Below, piece after piece: positions 47,531-61,559 of a stretch of DNA of 64,000 nt. Position numbers and translations under genes: made by a program. The notes beneath the pieces were generated by a model that did no database searches, was not told where the DNA came from, and saw nothing but the letters and a program-made list of their open reading frames with translations. How positions within the stretch are numbered: the first letter of the stretch is position 1; the number at the start of each line of letters is the position of its first letter. This DNA is from Zootoca vivipara (taxonomy: Eukaryota), in assembly GCF_963506605.1 (NCBI RefSeq), contig NC_083290.1:26164001-26228000 (forward strand). The letters run 5' to 3'.

Positions 47531-50500
47531 ATGTCCCGTGTCCCTTTGGGGAAAGTCCTCCTGCGAAATGTCATCCGTCACACTGATGCACATAACAAGG
47601 TATTGAGAAGTATGTTTTGTAGCCCAAAACATCTCTGGGGATGTTGGATCAAGACTAGCTCCATCTTTGAGGGTGGAGGGAGTGCTAGTGTCAGATTCCC
47701 CCTCCATTTCACTGCAGCAGCTTCTGTGGCCCTGGTCCAACTGATGTCAGAGCTCCAACTCTCGGTAGGATCCATGGCCTTCAAAAAGGGTATGTAGGCT
47801 TCACAGTCCCTGAAGTGCCACTAAAAACAGCAATTAAACTATGCTAGCCCTAGAAACTATGCTAGTTCTGTGAGACTTGCAGGTCCAGGGCAGTATACAA
47901 ATTTAAATAACAACAACAGACACAGCTCTTTCTCATTTTCATGTTTCTGGGGGGAGAGGGGACAGAAAAAGCTGGCAATGGGTGACTGCTCCTCTGACCT
48001 GACAATAAGAGCCTAGTGGGGTGTTGTGGGGGATGGTGGCTGCACTACCGTTCCTCCTTTCTACCAATGGGGTCATTCCTGTAGAAATGCAGCCACTTTG
48101 GTGGGTACTTTGTTAAATTGATATATTTCTTTATGTACCTCAGATTCAAGAAGAGTCGGAAATGTGGAAAATTCGGGAAATGGAAAAGCAGAACAAAGAC
48201 ATTCAGTGGGGCAAGGAAAAGAGACTGCTTCCTGATAGTTCCAGGTGGGACTTGGATGTGTCAACAAGTGACATTTCTGCTTTGCAGTGTTGCCAGTGCT
48301 GCATCTGTTGCAGCAATCCTCTACCACCAACAACTACTTTATGGCTCCTTACCCTGATCAGAAGTCTATGCTTGTTTCAGTCAAGGTTTGGGAGTCAGCT
48401 TATCTGCACCATCCCCTTCCTGTCCCCCACCAGCTGAAGATATGGCAGGAAGGGAAAGGTCTGGCAGCCTGACCCCAGCAGAACCACAGAGAAGGGAGGG
48501 ACGGGGCTTCTCTTAAAGCCAGAGTTTATAAAGCAGGAATGGGGTGCTTATTGTTGTTGGATTACCGTTTCTATTGTCCCTGTCCATTGGCCTGGCTGCC
48601 TGGGACTGGTGGGAGATGGACTCTTAACAACATCTGGAGGGCCACAGGTTCCCCATCTGTGATTGAAGGAGTTAGTGCCAAGGAAGGACAGCAGGGAAGT
48701 TCTATCTTAGCAAAGATTGGACAGTTTTAGAATCATAGTATTGTAGAGTTGGAAGGGACTCTGAGGATCATCTAATTCAACCCCCTGGAATGAAGAGCAG
48801 CCGTCTCATACGGGGATCAAACCTGCAACCTTGGCGTTATCAGCACCAAACATGTTGCAGGATCCCCCCCCCCAAACAGACCAGAAGCAATTAATATTTC
48901 ATCCAGCAGAGCTTTACTGCTACTGAAGGCAAATGAGCATAATTTTCTAAAATCCAATACATTCAGGATTGGCACTGTCCATAAGAAATCCAGTTACAAT
49001 AACATAATAAGACGAAAACCTTAACACTAAGCATACTATATACAGAACACCACACCAGAAGGAAAGAGAGATAGAAAGTGAAGCTCAGGGGCCTTCTGGC
49101 CTTATTATTATAGTAAGCATGACCTTGACAGAAAGAGATAACAGTACCAATTTAAAGCCAGCTATACTCAGCTTTTCTGAAGGAATAACCCAAACATTAT
49201 GAACCTTCTGCTTGTTTGTAGGCAGAATAGAAACTTACTTGCCACCTAGAACTTCTAGCTTGCACCAGTTTGTATCACACAGAGAAGCTTCCAGAACCCT
49301 CTTGAATTAATTAGAATAGGAAATATCTCTACACATCAGATCAATACTTTCTGTACCAAGAAATGCAAACTGACACTTTCCCAAACTAACCCAAACCCAG
49401 CTAAGTGTTTATAGGGCAACCTGGCTAAGAAACTGAGGGGCGTACCATAGAATACATGATTTGCATGCAGGTTGTCTCTGGTTTAATCCCTGGCTTCACC
49501 AGGTACTGCTGGAAAAAAGTCCCCTGCCTGAAACCCTGGAGAACTGCTCCCAGTCAAAGTAGACATTACTGAATGAGATGGACCAATGGGGTGAATTCAG
49601 TATCAGGCAGCTTCCCATATTGTTTGGGGCGCTCCTTCTGAACTTCTGAAGGACCTTCTTTTTAGCCTCTTTTCATGACTTGCCTTTTTACCTTTCGAAA
49701 TGTACAAAGCCTGCTGTCTTTCATCTGCAGCAGCCGGATGCGTAGCGATGGGTTTGATGAAGAGACCCAGCAGGCCAATTGGAAGGCGAGGAACTTGGCT
49801 CCTGTGTCAGTAGAGATGGAAGACGACCTCCGGCATGCCCGCTACTGGAACAAGAAGCTCTACGAATGTGAAGCAAACATGCCAGACAGGTCTGAAAGTT
49901 TACTGATGTCGTTGATAAGAGGTCCATTCGTGCATGTGGTGCTTTCCCAAGAAAAAATGAGTTGAGGTGACAGGTCTCTGTCCCCAAGGCATTTTGCTTT
50001 CTAGGTTTTGTTTGGCGGGGTGAGGCAAGGTTATGAGGGAGGACATATTTTAGGCCTCCTGCCAATTGGAATCCTAAAGTTGGAGGAGTATCTTACAGTG
50101 ACAATTTCTCTTCTCTTTTGAATCTGCAAAGCACATTGTAGATTGAGGCACTGCAGGACTAAAGGTTACAATTCCCTCCATCCCCATGGCCTGCAGCCGG
50201 AAGTGGTGCAGTCCAACAAAGGTTGCATCATGTGATTTTTGCTGCCTGTGTCGCTTTGCTCTGTGGTTTCATAGCTTGTATGTTTGTGAACCTCTTAAGA
50301 CAGTGTGGTGTTCTCTTGCAGGTGGGGCCACAGTGGCTACAAAGAGCTGTATCCTGAAGAATTTGATACAGACAGGTAAAGCCAATAAAGTTACTTATAA
50401 AAAGGTGGGGAGGGGAGTATGTTTGACCTTTTTAGACCTTCACACTAATCTCTGGCTTAATGTTCCCTGTACAAACCTCAAATGCACATCTTCCTTCCTT

Positions 50501-51713
50501 CCCTCTAGCACAGATGTGAGGATTTCAGAAATCTCTGCTTCTAAACTAAGCTGAACTCCCATTACATCCAAACTTCAGAAACCTCTGGTTAAACTCTGGT
50601 TTGTTCACACAAGCCAGGATGAAACCGTAGTATATGTTTGGGTATAACAAGGAACTGGTTAGTTTAAATCGGTGGTGGTGGGGAACCTGTGTTGTTTGAC
50701 TCCAATTTCCATAATCCCTGACAAATCAGCTCTGCAGGCTGGGGTTGATGGGAGCTGGAGTCTTCTTCCTACTTTAAAAGCAGATGCTGATTGACTTCTG
50801 GCTGTTCCAGAGGAGACATGGTGTGTACATGAGCCTTGTGGACATGTTTTATTTTTTGTATAACTTTTCATTTTAAATAAAATGCAAAAACTAAACTGTG
50901 TCCAAACTGATTTGGTTCCTTATTTCCATTACAAAACAAGTAAGGTGTGTATTTTCAGTGTTATACCTCTTATTCCAGGTGAAATTTAGTTCCTGCAGAA
51001 ATCTGTCTTAAACCCAGACTGTGTTCTATGCATGGGTAACCACATCCCAGTTAGCACACAGCGCTTGTAGAGGGTTGACCAAGGATGAAAATGCATCCTT
51101 AAGAGCGAAAAAGATTAAGCCACCTCCACTTTAGAACATTGTTGATTATTCTTCAATATCATGCCTTAAGCTTTTGTCCTCTTGGCTGTGTTGCAGTGAC
51201 CGAGAGCAAGATGAACAAAACTCTGTGAACGGAAAAAGGAAGTCTCAGCCCGGCACGCGGTCTTCCCTTGAGTTGCCCAAAAGGAAAAAAGCCAAAAAGT
51301 CACACAAGAAGAAGCGGAAAAAGAAATCTCATAAGAAGCAGAAGAAGAAGAAACAGGAACAGCCAAGTGCCATGGCAGATTCTTCCCAGGAGTCTGACTT
51401 GTCGGAGAGAGGCGCTGGCAAGAGAAAGCGGAAGCGTCACAAAAAGGCCAAGAAGAGCTCTGCAAAGGCAGCTCCCTCTTCTTCCTCAGGGCAAGACAGT
51501 GACTCCAGCAAGGCCAGCAGCTGCCCCTCCAGCAGTTCTGAGGACAGTGAGCCAGACAAAAAGCAGGAGAAGCAGCCAAAGAAAAAGAGGCGGAAACGCC
51601 ATGTCTCTCTCTCAGAACGGTGTGCTGAAAGGGTGCAGGAGAAGCGCAGTAAGAGGAAGAACTGGAAAGTGGCTGCTGATGAGAATTCAGAGGACAGTTC
51701 TGATGAGGACTAG
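47531..51713 (+). CDS. NKAPD1: NKAP domain-containing protein 1 (C11orf57), ~299 aa
   Basis: Exons 47531-47599, 48144-48244, 49731-49889, 50322-50375, 51197-51713 (900 nt): [35 protein letters not shown]...[10 protein letters not shown]...[32 protein letters not shown], then a Lys/Ser-rich C-terminus. Confidence 0.95.
48728..48848 (-). mobile_element. tRNA-derived SINE with CR1-type tail, 5' end interrupted
   Basis: Minus strand TGGTGCTGATAACGCCAAGGTTGCAGGTTTGATCCCC...TAGATGATCC...CTATGATTCTA. Confidence 0.7.
48853..49375 (-). mobile_element. Possible solo LTR
   Basis: TG...CA ends (minus strand TGTCAG...GCAACA), TATA-like and AGTAAA signals in LTR order, and it interrupts a SINE; no TSD recognised. 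Confidence 0.35.
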
Positions 51714-54566
51714 GGGAAACGGACCAACAGAGTCGGTGCTTTTCGCGGGGCGGGACAAGGGCACTGACATTCTGGGAGATTGGTCTCCAAGTGCTGCCCC
51801 CTTGGAACAAAAGTAGTCTGGGCAACAGCTCTATGATCCAGACACTGCAGACCTCAGTTACTTTCAGGGGGCTTCTTTCAGTTTCATGTAGGTCAGAAAC
51901 TGGTCAGGAATTGAGAAGCTCCCAGCCCAAGGCTCATTTGTCTAGCCCAGGTTCAAACTTGAGTTTGTTTGTGACAATACGGAACCTTAACTCACAAAAG
52001 AGCTACTATTGGAGCCTGCATAGAATGGAACTGACCTTGGGTCTCCTTTGCCTTTTTTAAAAAAACTAAAATTTATTTTTGATGGCCAATACCTAACATT
52101 TAATTGCAATAAACATCCTACTTGCAAGGTTGATCAGATGGTGGCATACAAGATGTGTCATCAGGTCCAAAGGCCAAGTGGAGAACAGCAAAGGGCATGT
52201 GGCTGCCCTAGGTTCAAATAGGATCTACTGGGGTTCAGAGACAACTATCCAAACACAAGCCATGGTGAGATTTAAAGTAAGCCGCCTCTGCTAGCTGTTT
52301 TGTGGTGAAATGAATATAAGCATCCCACCCCCTACGAGAGTATGCTTAATGCCATATCCTATTCATTCTGGTAAACTGGTTGTCAGCTTTGCTGGTGTGT
52401 GTCCAAGCTGCCTGCCCTTTTGTTTTGCCAGCTCTTGCTGGGGAAAAATATATCTTGCTACCAGTCAGGGAATGACAGAGCAGATGGAAAGAGAGTTCCT
52501 GTTCTTAACAAGAGAAGTGGTTTCTCAGCATAATGGAAAGAGGCTGCTGGGATCTTGGTTCACCCAGCTTCTCTCCTGGTGTTATTGCTAGAGCACTTTA
52601 ACTTGCATCTCCAAAAGGAACTGTTGTGCAACCTGGAGGGGGGGCATGCCCCACCCCCAGATGTTGTAAATCATGGTGACTGCTGGCTGGGGTTGATGAG
52701 AGACTAGCAGCATCTGAAGGGGCAGAGATGTCTCCCATCTGTGATGTAACTAGTCAGATGTTGCTCCCTCCTCCGGATCCACATGCCTTCTATGATTGAT
52801 AGGAGGCAGCAGAAGGGTTTCAGTGGTTTGCTGGAGGGCTGGCTTAGCTCATTCTACAGCTTAGGGGCTGCAAAGATGCACACTGAAGAAAGAACTTTGT
52901 AGTAGTTGCCTCTGCCCCATATCTTATGCTGTCAAGAGGTAGAGTCTACATACACCATAAATCAAACTGATTCCTTCTTACCCAGACCCTGTAAGGAGGA
53001 CTGGGGCTATACATTAGTGGCTTCTTTGCATCCTCACCAGTTTCCCACTGAAATTCCCACCATACCTCTGGGGAAACCACGACTATTAAAGTACCTATAA
53101 AACTACTATGTTTGTAGTGTAGGTAATTCATCATTCCCTCCTTTTTCTTAAAGTAGGCCATTGTAAACTCAAGGCACACAGGATTAACAGGCTGGTTAGA
53201 GGAAAGGGTTTTGGACCTTTCCCCTCTTATCCTTAATGGTCACATGTTACCTTCCTTCTCACAGTAACATCCTGCTGGAGCTGTTTTATCAGCCTCTTGA
53301 CCTTCTCCCCTCCACCTGGCCTCCCTGCACAAATACAATTGCCTGCCATCACCCCATATCTGGGGAATAGTGAACAGAATGCCACATTGCCACATTGTTC
53401 TGTCCTACGGTGTGGTACCAGTGCCCAAAGCTTATTTTTTAAAGTAGTTCTAATGTGTTGCTATAAAAAAGCAAAGCAACGCAAGTTATTTTGACAAAAA
53501 ACAACTATTTTTTAATATGTGCAAGGTATCGGCACAAATAAATTCAGAGGGTCTGCAGTAACAAACGAAGTTGCTTTCACCCATCGGCAGTCAAAATGAA
53601 CAGTCTTTATAATAGCATTTAAGATTTTATACACCATTGTAAACATGCACTGATGATTTTGGAGGTGGGGGGGATATGAGACACTCTTAGATCAAAAAGG
53701 CATTGTGAAAGGGGTGGGCTTCAAAAATAAATCTGAAGAACAGCAGGAGCACACTCACTATAAATGGAATTCCAACTTCTGGAGGGAGGATGGCAGAGTG
53801 AAGGATCTATACCTGTTACAGGCCTTTAAGTGCAAGCCAGAAAACCCTACGTTACATTTGTAGAACTTGCAATCAGCACACTGGCACAGATCTAGAAAGC
53901 TTTGTAAGCAGCTCTTTCTTCAAATGGCAGAACATGTGTTTTGCAGGGATAAAATATGCTGACCAGGATCACAGGTGTTCATTAGAATTTTTTTTTGATA
54001 CAAATTGGCATGCTCGTAGAATGGAACTGAAGCAGTATGAACTCCAAAATAGAGAATGGGATGGCTGAATGGATTTTGACTGCAGTCATTATCAGCAGCA
54101 GTAACTACTGTACAAATTAGTTTTGAGTTGTAAAGCAACTTTCTGTTCTCTTATCAAATGGAGGAGGAAAGAGTACACAAGAGAGCCTTAGGCAATGAGT
54201 TTGCAAATGCTCCCCCCCCCCCGCAATTTCCCCCTAAGATTTCCTGAAAACACTTCTACATTTGAGAGAGAATTTTAAGAGCATGCTATTTAGTGTGAGG
54301 GTACACGTCCCTATTATCCTGCATTGGGAAGAAAGCAAAGCAGTTAGGTTTTTGCTACAGAGTCAATTTGTTTAGACAAGTCTTGATTTATTAGCTTGAA
54401 AGGAGCCAATATTTTGTTCTACATGACCCAGTCTAATGCCACTTAGGCATGAACAATCATGTACAAATGGCTCTTCAAGCATTGCTGCACTGAGGTAGAA
54501 CAACTGACAGAGTAGGGGCCCAGTGAAAGATCTGGATCTTGTTAAGTCCATTGACCGAAGGGGACC

Positions 54567-55302
54567 TCAATGGCCTCCTTTCTGTATTATCTGTGCAAAG
54601 CGATTGGTGATGGACAGTGTTGTGTCTATGAAGCGGTTGACGCAGTTGGCGAGGCAAGTTTCTGTTCTGGAGTCCAGCTTGGAACCTGGCTTGTCAACAC
54701 ATTTTTCCCAGCAGACCTCCATGAAGTTGTGAACCTGGAGTAGGGAGTGGCAGCGAGAGATGAGAACGGATACAAGCATTAACAGCACTCCCCATTAGGA
54801 CCAGCCTCTTTCAATTCCACTCACAACCTTCAACATGGCAAGTTTCCATTGCCCTCTGCGAAGGGTAACAAGAGGCCCCATTTCCCTCTTCAAGCTTGGT
54901 GTGCATATAGCAGATATCCCTGCAGTTATGTTGAGCTTTTGATGGCACAACATAGCTACAGAGGAAACTCACACACTCAGAAAATGAATCTGGCTGTTTG
55001 GGTGATAGGTGGCATAGACCTTTGTCTTGCCAATAAAAAAAAAAAACACCCATCCAAAATTATGGGTTTAGTGGGTAAAGTAAGTGAGGCTTTAACACAC
55101 ATTCAAAAAACCAGGACATCTCAAACACCCCCCAAATTTGAGAAATACATTTCAGGAGGCGTGATCTGTGTACGAAAACTGCCTTTCCCACAGAGACATC
55201 CATACAGCATGTACACATGTAGCTAGTAACATTGAGGAGGACGACACTCATACCCCAAAGCTACAGAAATCACAACAACCAAAGATCAATGAGTCCCATT
55301 CC

Positions 55303-55354
<52 letters not shown>

Positions 55355-56319
55355 TACAGTGATCCGTGGCTTGGCTCCCAAACAAATCAGCTCCCGAACA
55401 CTGCAAATCCGGAAGTGAGGGAAGTGAGTGTTCCAGTTTGGAAACATTTTTCTGAAGCCGAACGTCTGACGCAGCTTCCACGGTTTCCGATTGAGTGCAG
55501 GAAGCTCCTGCAGGTATAGTAAATAAGTGACATTTGGAGAACAGGCATGGTGAACCTCAAGTCTGAGGGTTCTCCAGGCCCTCTATCTGGCCCTTTGGAC
55601 GCTACAAGTCCCTGCTTAAGTGCTTTCCTGGGCCAGAAGGTGTCCTTGAACTGGGGCAATGTCTTTCACTTGCCTGGATAGAAAGGGGTGTGTGCAGAAA
55701 CCTCTGGTTTTTGTATGGCTGCAAGGCCAATGCTACCGTGCAAAAGATCCCGGAAGCTTTCCCAGAGGGAACATGGCCCTGGGGCTCAAGAAGGTCCCTA
55801 GTCCCTGGTTTCCCCAAAAAAGAGGAAGGGGAGAAGAGCTCAGAAAGGGCCTTACAAAGCAGCGGGGTGGGGTAAAGGGGCGTGCTACTAGGGATCTGTC
55901 AGACCCGCAGGAATGAGGGGGGAGAGGAGAGTGAATTACAATTAGGTCTGAGTCGTGGACACGCATGTGGGTTAAGACAAGACAAAAAAGTTCGTAACAC
56001 GGTTGCTCTGGGCGGGCTGTTCCATGGAGAAGAGACAAGGCTCAAGCCCCCGCCCCACTCAGCCAGCCACTCCTCCTATTCCAACCTAGCCGACCTCGCA
56101 GGGTTGTTGTGAGGGTAAAGGGGGCGGCTCTGACCATAGAATGCGCTATAAGTAATAACGAGCAGAAAACAACCCAAAATAGACCTCCATGCACAGTCAC
56201 ACGCATACGAACACGTATATCACGGCATGTACCTGAGCGGCGAGGCGGGCACGCTGCTCCTCGACGGCCACCAGACGCTGCAGCTCCGAGACGTCGGCCT
56301 CCCTCTCCGGGTCCTCCAT
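54567..56319 (-). CDS. TIMM8B: Mitochondrial import inner membrane translocase subunit Tim8 B (84 aa)
   Basis: Exon 1 56319-56233 ([29 protein letters not shown]) and exon 2 54734-54567 ([39 protein letters not shown]...); twin CX3C motif; head-to-head with SDHD. Confidence 0.96.
55303..55353. repeat. (AAT)n microsatellite
   Basis: About 17 AAT units in the TIMM8B intron. Confidence 0.95.
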
Positions 56320-56575
56320 GGCGGAGCCTCTGCCTCGCGGCCTCCCCGAACCGAGGTGCTACGAAAAGCCCCCCTCGTAACAAGGACAAAGGCAAAGGCG
56401 AGGACCAGCCACCCCACACCAGCGCACTCAAGGGCCGACCGGAAGCGGCGCGTCGTCGATCGGAAACGTGACGTCACGCTTCCGGTTCCGGGCCAGCGAG
56501 TGCCCTTGGGCCCTATCCCCCCCCTCAGAGCGGGAGGGCACGAATAGGCAGAAGGGGCACGGCGAGCGGTGCAAG
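56320..56575. promoter_or_regulatory. Bidirectional promoter TIMM8B / SDHD
   Basis: 256 bp between the two ATGs, CpG-rich; perfect CRE TGACGTCA at 56469-56476 flanked by ETS cores; YY1-type AAGATGGCGGC overlapping the SDHD ATG. Confidence 0.88.
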
Positions 56576-59500
56576 ATGGCGGCGGGGATGCTGCTGCTGC
56601 GGGCGGGGCTGGGCAGACCCCACGGCGGGGGAGTCGGTGAGTGAGGGGGGCGGCGGACCTGACTTGCCTTCTGCCCCTTTGAAGCTGCCTCGCCAGGGAC
56701 TCGCCCTTGTCTCTCCTCCCTGTCTAAACTGACATTTGAAAACGGAGGAAGCTGCCTTATACGGAGTCCAGACCTTTGGTCGACGTAGCTCGGTATTGTC
56801 TGCACTGACTGGCAGCGGTGGCTTTCCAGGGTATCAGACCAGGGAGTCCTTTCCCTGCCTTGCCTTGCTATGGAAGGGGTGAACTTGGGACTTTCTTCCT
56901 GCAAGGCAGTTTGCCCTTCCCCATAAGGCAGAGGGACATAGGAAACTGCCTCGTACTGAGTCAGGCCTGTAGCCTAGCGCACTGTTGTCTGCACTGACTG
57001 GCAGCAAGGGCTCTCCAGGGTTTCAGGCAAAGGAGTCTTTTCTCAGTCCTGCTCCGAGACGCTGTAGAGAATTTTATTGTCACTACACCACCTGTGTGCA
57101 GTGAAATTAAACGACCCCCCCAAAAAAATACACTCAGTCTTGTTCGCTCTCTGTGTGCTAGCGAACTCCGGGGACAGCCCATGGATATCATGTGCTGTAT
57201 TCACCACCCTCTGTAGGGACTTTATGTCCGTGGCTGTCAAAGCAGCGTACTACACTGTAATACAGTACCGTATGAATTTTATCATTGTGGTCCTTAGGCA
57301 TTTGCTAACATCAGGCTAATTTGCTTTGGTGGCTGCATTTTCCTTTGCTTTCTCTTCACTCTATCCCTGCTAACCTTCCAGCTGTAGCTCACAAGCAACT
57401 TACTCTACATATCTTTCAGCTTCAAGAATTGCGTTGGGGTGGGGAAAGGAGCATGTCTTAATAATTAGAATAGAGACTTGAGATATTTCTCCTATGTTAC
57501 TAAAACACATTTGGTTCATGTGTGAAAGGCAGAGACAACTTTGGGCAGATCAGAACAATGCAGCTTGTTCTTTCAGATGTGGAAGAGCAACATTTAATTA
57601 CCAATTGTAAATCTCCAAACCCCCCCCCAAAAAAACCCAGTTCTAATTACACATGCAAGTCATCAACTTGCAATGTATGAGTGCCCCAAGGCACAGAAAT
57701 TATTAACCAGGCTAGATATCGCTGCTGCCATGGCAAATCCTTTGTCACATACGCTTTGGGATTATGCACTGCCCTGTAACATGTGACCTAAGAGCTAGCA
57801 TGTGAGTGGAGAAGAGGGTAGCTTACTTTTCTTTGCAAAGAAATAAGAGCATTGAAAGGGGACATGCATTGACCGTCCTAACGGTTCTCTCTTTTGCTCA
57901 CACTGCTACCTACCCATACTTCTTGGTTTGTGCAATATATGGAAATACAGTTTTGCACACTATGATTTTCGAATGCCTCCAAAATTCCAGTGCAGTAGAT
58001 CTGGATGACATCTTGTCCATCTGTTATCCAGCATCCCATTTACACTAATTTATGGACTGCTTCACACATGTTCATAACTTGAACCTGGGAGGCCTGGTTG
58101 CTATGTGAGGTCGTATTTGGAGGGCACTTCTATACCGGTATCACATTGACTTCTTGTATCACACATTTGTAGATTCTCATAGTGGATTTTCTTGTCATTC
58201 ACTGGCTGGGAGAGCTGCCCTCTCTTTGCTGTATCTCTTTTCAGTTTCCTTTATTCCTAAGAGCTTCCCTTCCAAAGTCTTACTTTTAAAAATATTAGCA
58301 TGTCATTAGTACTTATTATTGCATGCATAAACACTTTAGTCGAGTCTGAGGATTAAAGTCCTCTTCCACCTTGGGTGAAATTTGCCTGTTCTACCCACAG
58401 TTCTCCTGAACAAGATTGTCTGGACCAGACCAGCTGTTTGTGTTGCAACTGACAAGCGCCATCCTCTGGCATGTAAAATCCACACATCCCCCAGGAGTTT
58501 AGGTAGGTCTTTCTTGGATTCCTTTACCGTGCTTTTGTTTCATGTGGCCATGCAAAATAGTTTATGTGTTTTTTCTTTCTGTAGTTATGACAGTCACCCT
58601 CAACTTGGCAAGCTAATGCTGGAGTCATGTTACAAAGAATTTGCTCTCTGTAGTGTAGCAAGTGTTAAATGAAATCATTTTAATGACAAATTATTGTCGT
58701 TGACAGTGCTTTCAGTAACAAATTATTGTTTTTGAATTTATTTCACTCTTCCCTGAAGGCTTGGGGCATATCCTAGGATTATCAAAATAAGTTTTAGATT
58801 AATAATTATGAAAACCCCTTTCCTTTAAGTTATGGAGCTAAAGCTTCTAGTCTTGATGGTTGCAGAGGAGTAACTGGGAGTGTCTGAAAAGTCAGAAAGT
58901 TGGGAAGAGAGGGTCAACTTGGTGGAATTTCATTTCTCACCATTCCTCTGTCTCCTGCCTGGTTCCATGCTGGTTCCATCATACACACTTCAAACATGCA
59001 TCCCAGGCAATGCCTGTTGTTTTCCTGTCTCCTACTTTCCCAATTTATTTTTTCTCAAATGTATATGTTGCAAAGCTGTGTGTTTACATCCCAGTACAAA
59101 AGATGTGCACTCATTTTATGCAGTTTGCTTTATTTGCATCCTTTTATTCTGAACTTGAATGATGTGGTGAACAATCTCGGGACACTGAATTGCATCCCTG
59201 AATGTAGTGGAGTCTCAGGCTGTTCATATAATGGACAGCCGTGATCATCTGCAAAAGGGGAATCTTTCTCTTGGGTTGAGAAAGAAACACTATTTTGCTC
59301 TCCTGCTTGCCATGCAACCTCCATAACGGTCCATAGACAATTATGTACTTTGCTGCCTCTTGCCTTTTTAAAATAGGACAACTAATTGGATGTTTGGTTT
59401 CCAAGTCTGTTGGAATTCATGGGAACTACACAACAGCCTTGCAGTAGATGAGCCTACAATTAAGAATGCATTTGGGTGGAGTTTTTTAGAGGCTGGCTGA

Positions 59501-61239
59501 GGCCCCATGTGGTATAGAGCGCGTGGTAACTAGACCTAAGCTGTTTCACTCAAAGGTGTTCTCTTCTAGAGGTTTTTTTTAGCACTGATTAGTGCTCCTG
59601 TCTCAAATGCATTGCATGAAAGTAAGCCATTTTGGAGTCTCTGTTGTTGTGTAACTACTTTCATGTATATATCTTGAAATAGGTGCCTTAAAAGTAATCT
59701 AGCAAGGATGGATGAAAGCAGATCAGTTGTTCACTTACAGCTCTCCTTGCAAACTTAGCACCTTAGTGCAACCTGCAGATGTTTGTTAATATTCTCAGAG
59801 TCAACACTTGTGCTTTAAAGATGTAGGTGGTGATGGAAAAATACACTTGTGCCATATCTTCGACCATCTGCCTTTGTAATTAAACACTCAAGCTTTTGAG
59901 ATGTGCCAGTTCAACTTTTCACCGTGGATGATCATCTCCACAGCTAGTCTTGAATGAAGTTGGTGTTTTCCCTAGTGCGTAATAGCTCTTTTCTAGTCCA
60001 TATAGACTCGTTGTGGCACTAGTTGTGTTGTCTGTTGCATCTGCTAAGTTCCTGCAGTTTGTATGCAGAATTCTAAAAAGAATCTAGTGTTCTTGCTCGC
60101 AACTTGGATTTTTGGAAATTTCGTCTCTTACCGTACCAGGTTTTTTTAAAGCAAGTTTCTAGTCCCTGTGGCTGTGGAGATACGCTTGGGTGCACCCAGG
60201 TTGTGTGTGGAAAAGCTTCAATATTCAGGGGGGTCAGGCTCTCTCCCAAGGCTACCTGCCCCTCCTTTCTCAGCTCCAGTCATATTCTTCTTCCAAGTCA
60301 CACTCAACCATGCCTCTGTCACCTGTAGATTTACTTCTGCCACCAACTTGCTACATCTCCACAAAAAAGAAGGTATGCAAATATCCACTGTTCAGTTCAG
60401 AATAATGCATGCAAATGATTGATAAGCAAATCTGCATAAATTGTGTTTGGGCTCCTGATTTGGTTGTGGGGGACTGGGAGGAGGTGTTCTTTGGTGTGTG
60501 CCACCAAATTGTTGTTTATATTCTACCTTGTGAGCCACTTTGGGCACAATTGCGTCTAAAAGTGACATACAAATAATCAGATAATATATTTAAATAAACT
60601 ATTTCTACACATCTTGAAGGGCCAGAAGAGAAGACAAAAAAGTCTTTACCCTTCCACCCAAATCAGTGTAACATTGGTAGCAAACTCCCTCCATGTGTGA
60701 TTGATGCTGGGAATCAATGAAAGAATTCCATATTTTTTGTAAGAGTCCTGCCAGAGGCAAGGCTTTTGTGCTTTTTTCTGGGGTTATGCAGCCTGGTTAC
60801 CTCCTTTTGCTTGCCATCTGTTTGACCTCAGATCTGGGGCAATACTTCAGTTCTGCCAACATTAATCAGTTACCATTTCCTCCTTGGAGGCTCAACTGAT
60901 ATGATCGTTGGCATGAAGAAGCCAACTGTTGTCGAATTTCAGGAACCCTTTGGGGAGTGGAGGGAGACCTATAAGCCCAACTAGCTTGCACTGATTTGTT
61001 GACAAATGTTGAATCATTAAAGGTACCCTTTATTCATTCCCAGCTCTCGAGCAGCCGTTCCTGGAGTTTAACAGCGTTTCTTCTCTCCCTGTAGCTGGTT
61101 CCAAGGCTGCCTCTCTGCACTGGACAGGTGAGCGAGCAGTCAGTGTCCTCCTGCTTGGGCTCCTGCCTGCAGCTTACCTGTATCCTGGACCAGCCATGGA
61201 CTACTCGCTGGCTGCCACTCTCACACTCCACGGTCACTG
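56576..61239 (+). CDS. SDHD: Succinate dehydrogenase cytochrome b small subunit, exons 1-3 (last exon not found in window)
   Basis: Exons 56576-56636, 58401-58502, 61095-61239: [11 protein letters not shown]...[57 protein letters not shown]. Confidence 0.94.
57160..57275 (-). mobile_element. Rex1/Babar-like LINE fragment
   Basis: Minus-strand translation [29 protein letters not shown] resembles the post-RT motif of Rex1/Babar ORFs. Confidence 0.55.
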
Positions 61240-61559
61240 GTGAGTAAGGAGGGAAGCAACCCAACCGGGATTAATTCCTGCTGCCTCTCCTGCTCAGTTC
61301 AGAACCTTGGAATGCAGTGGGGTCCAGAGGCTGGTTTCTCTGTGCTGCTTTGACTCTGTAGCCCTGGAACTTGCTTCATTCCATCATTCCTTCTGAGATC
61401 TGGACATCTTTCAAGCGTGGTAGCAAGTTCATGAGAGGCCCAGGTGGCCTCAGTGGCGTGGAGTGCCACCTTCAATCAGCTTCAGCTGGTGGCCCAGCCG
61501 CGCCCCTATCAGGTCAGGGATAACCTAACTTCTGTCGTCTTTGTTCTAGGTAACCTCTA

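Noticed and set aside
58758-58785. GLGHIL.. resembling the start of SDHD exon 4
   Set aside because: Lies upstream of exon 3, has no sustained similarity, and hits stops quickly; coincidental.
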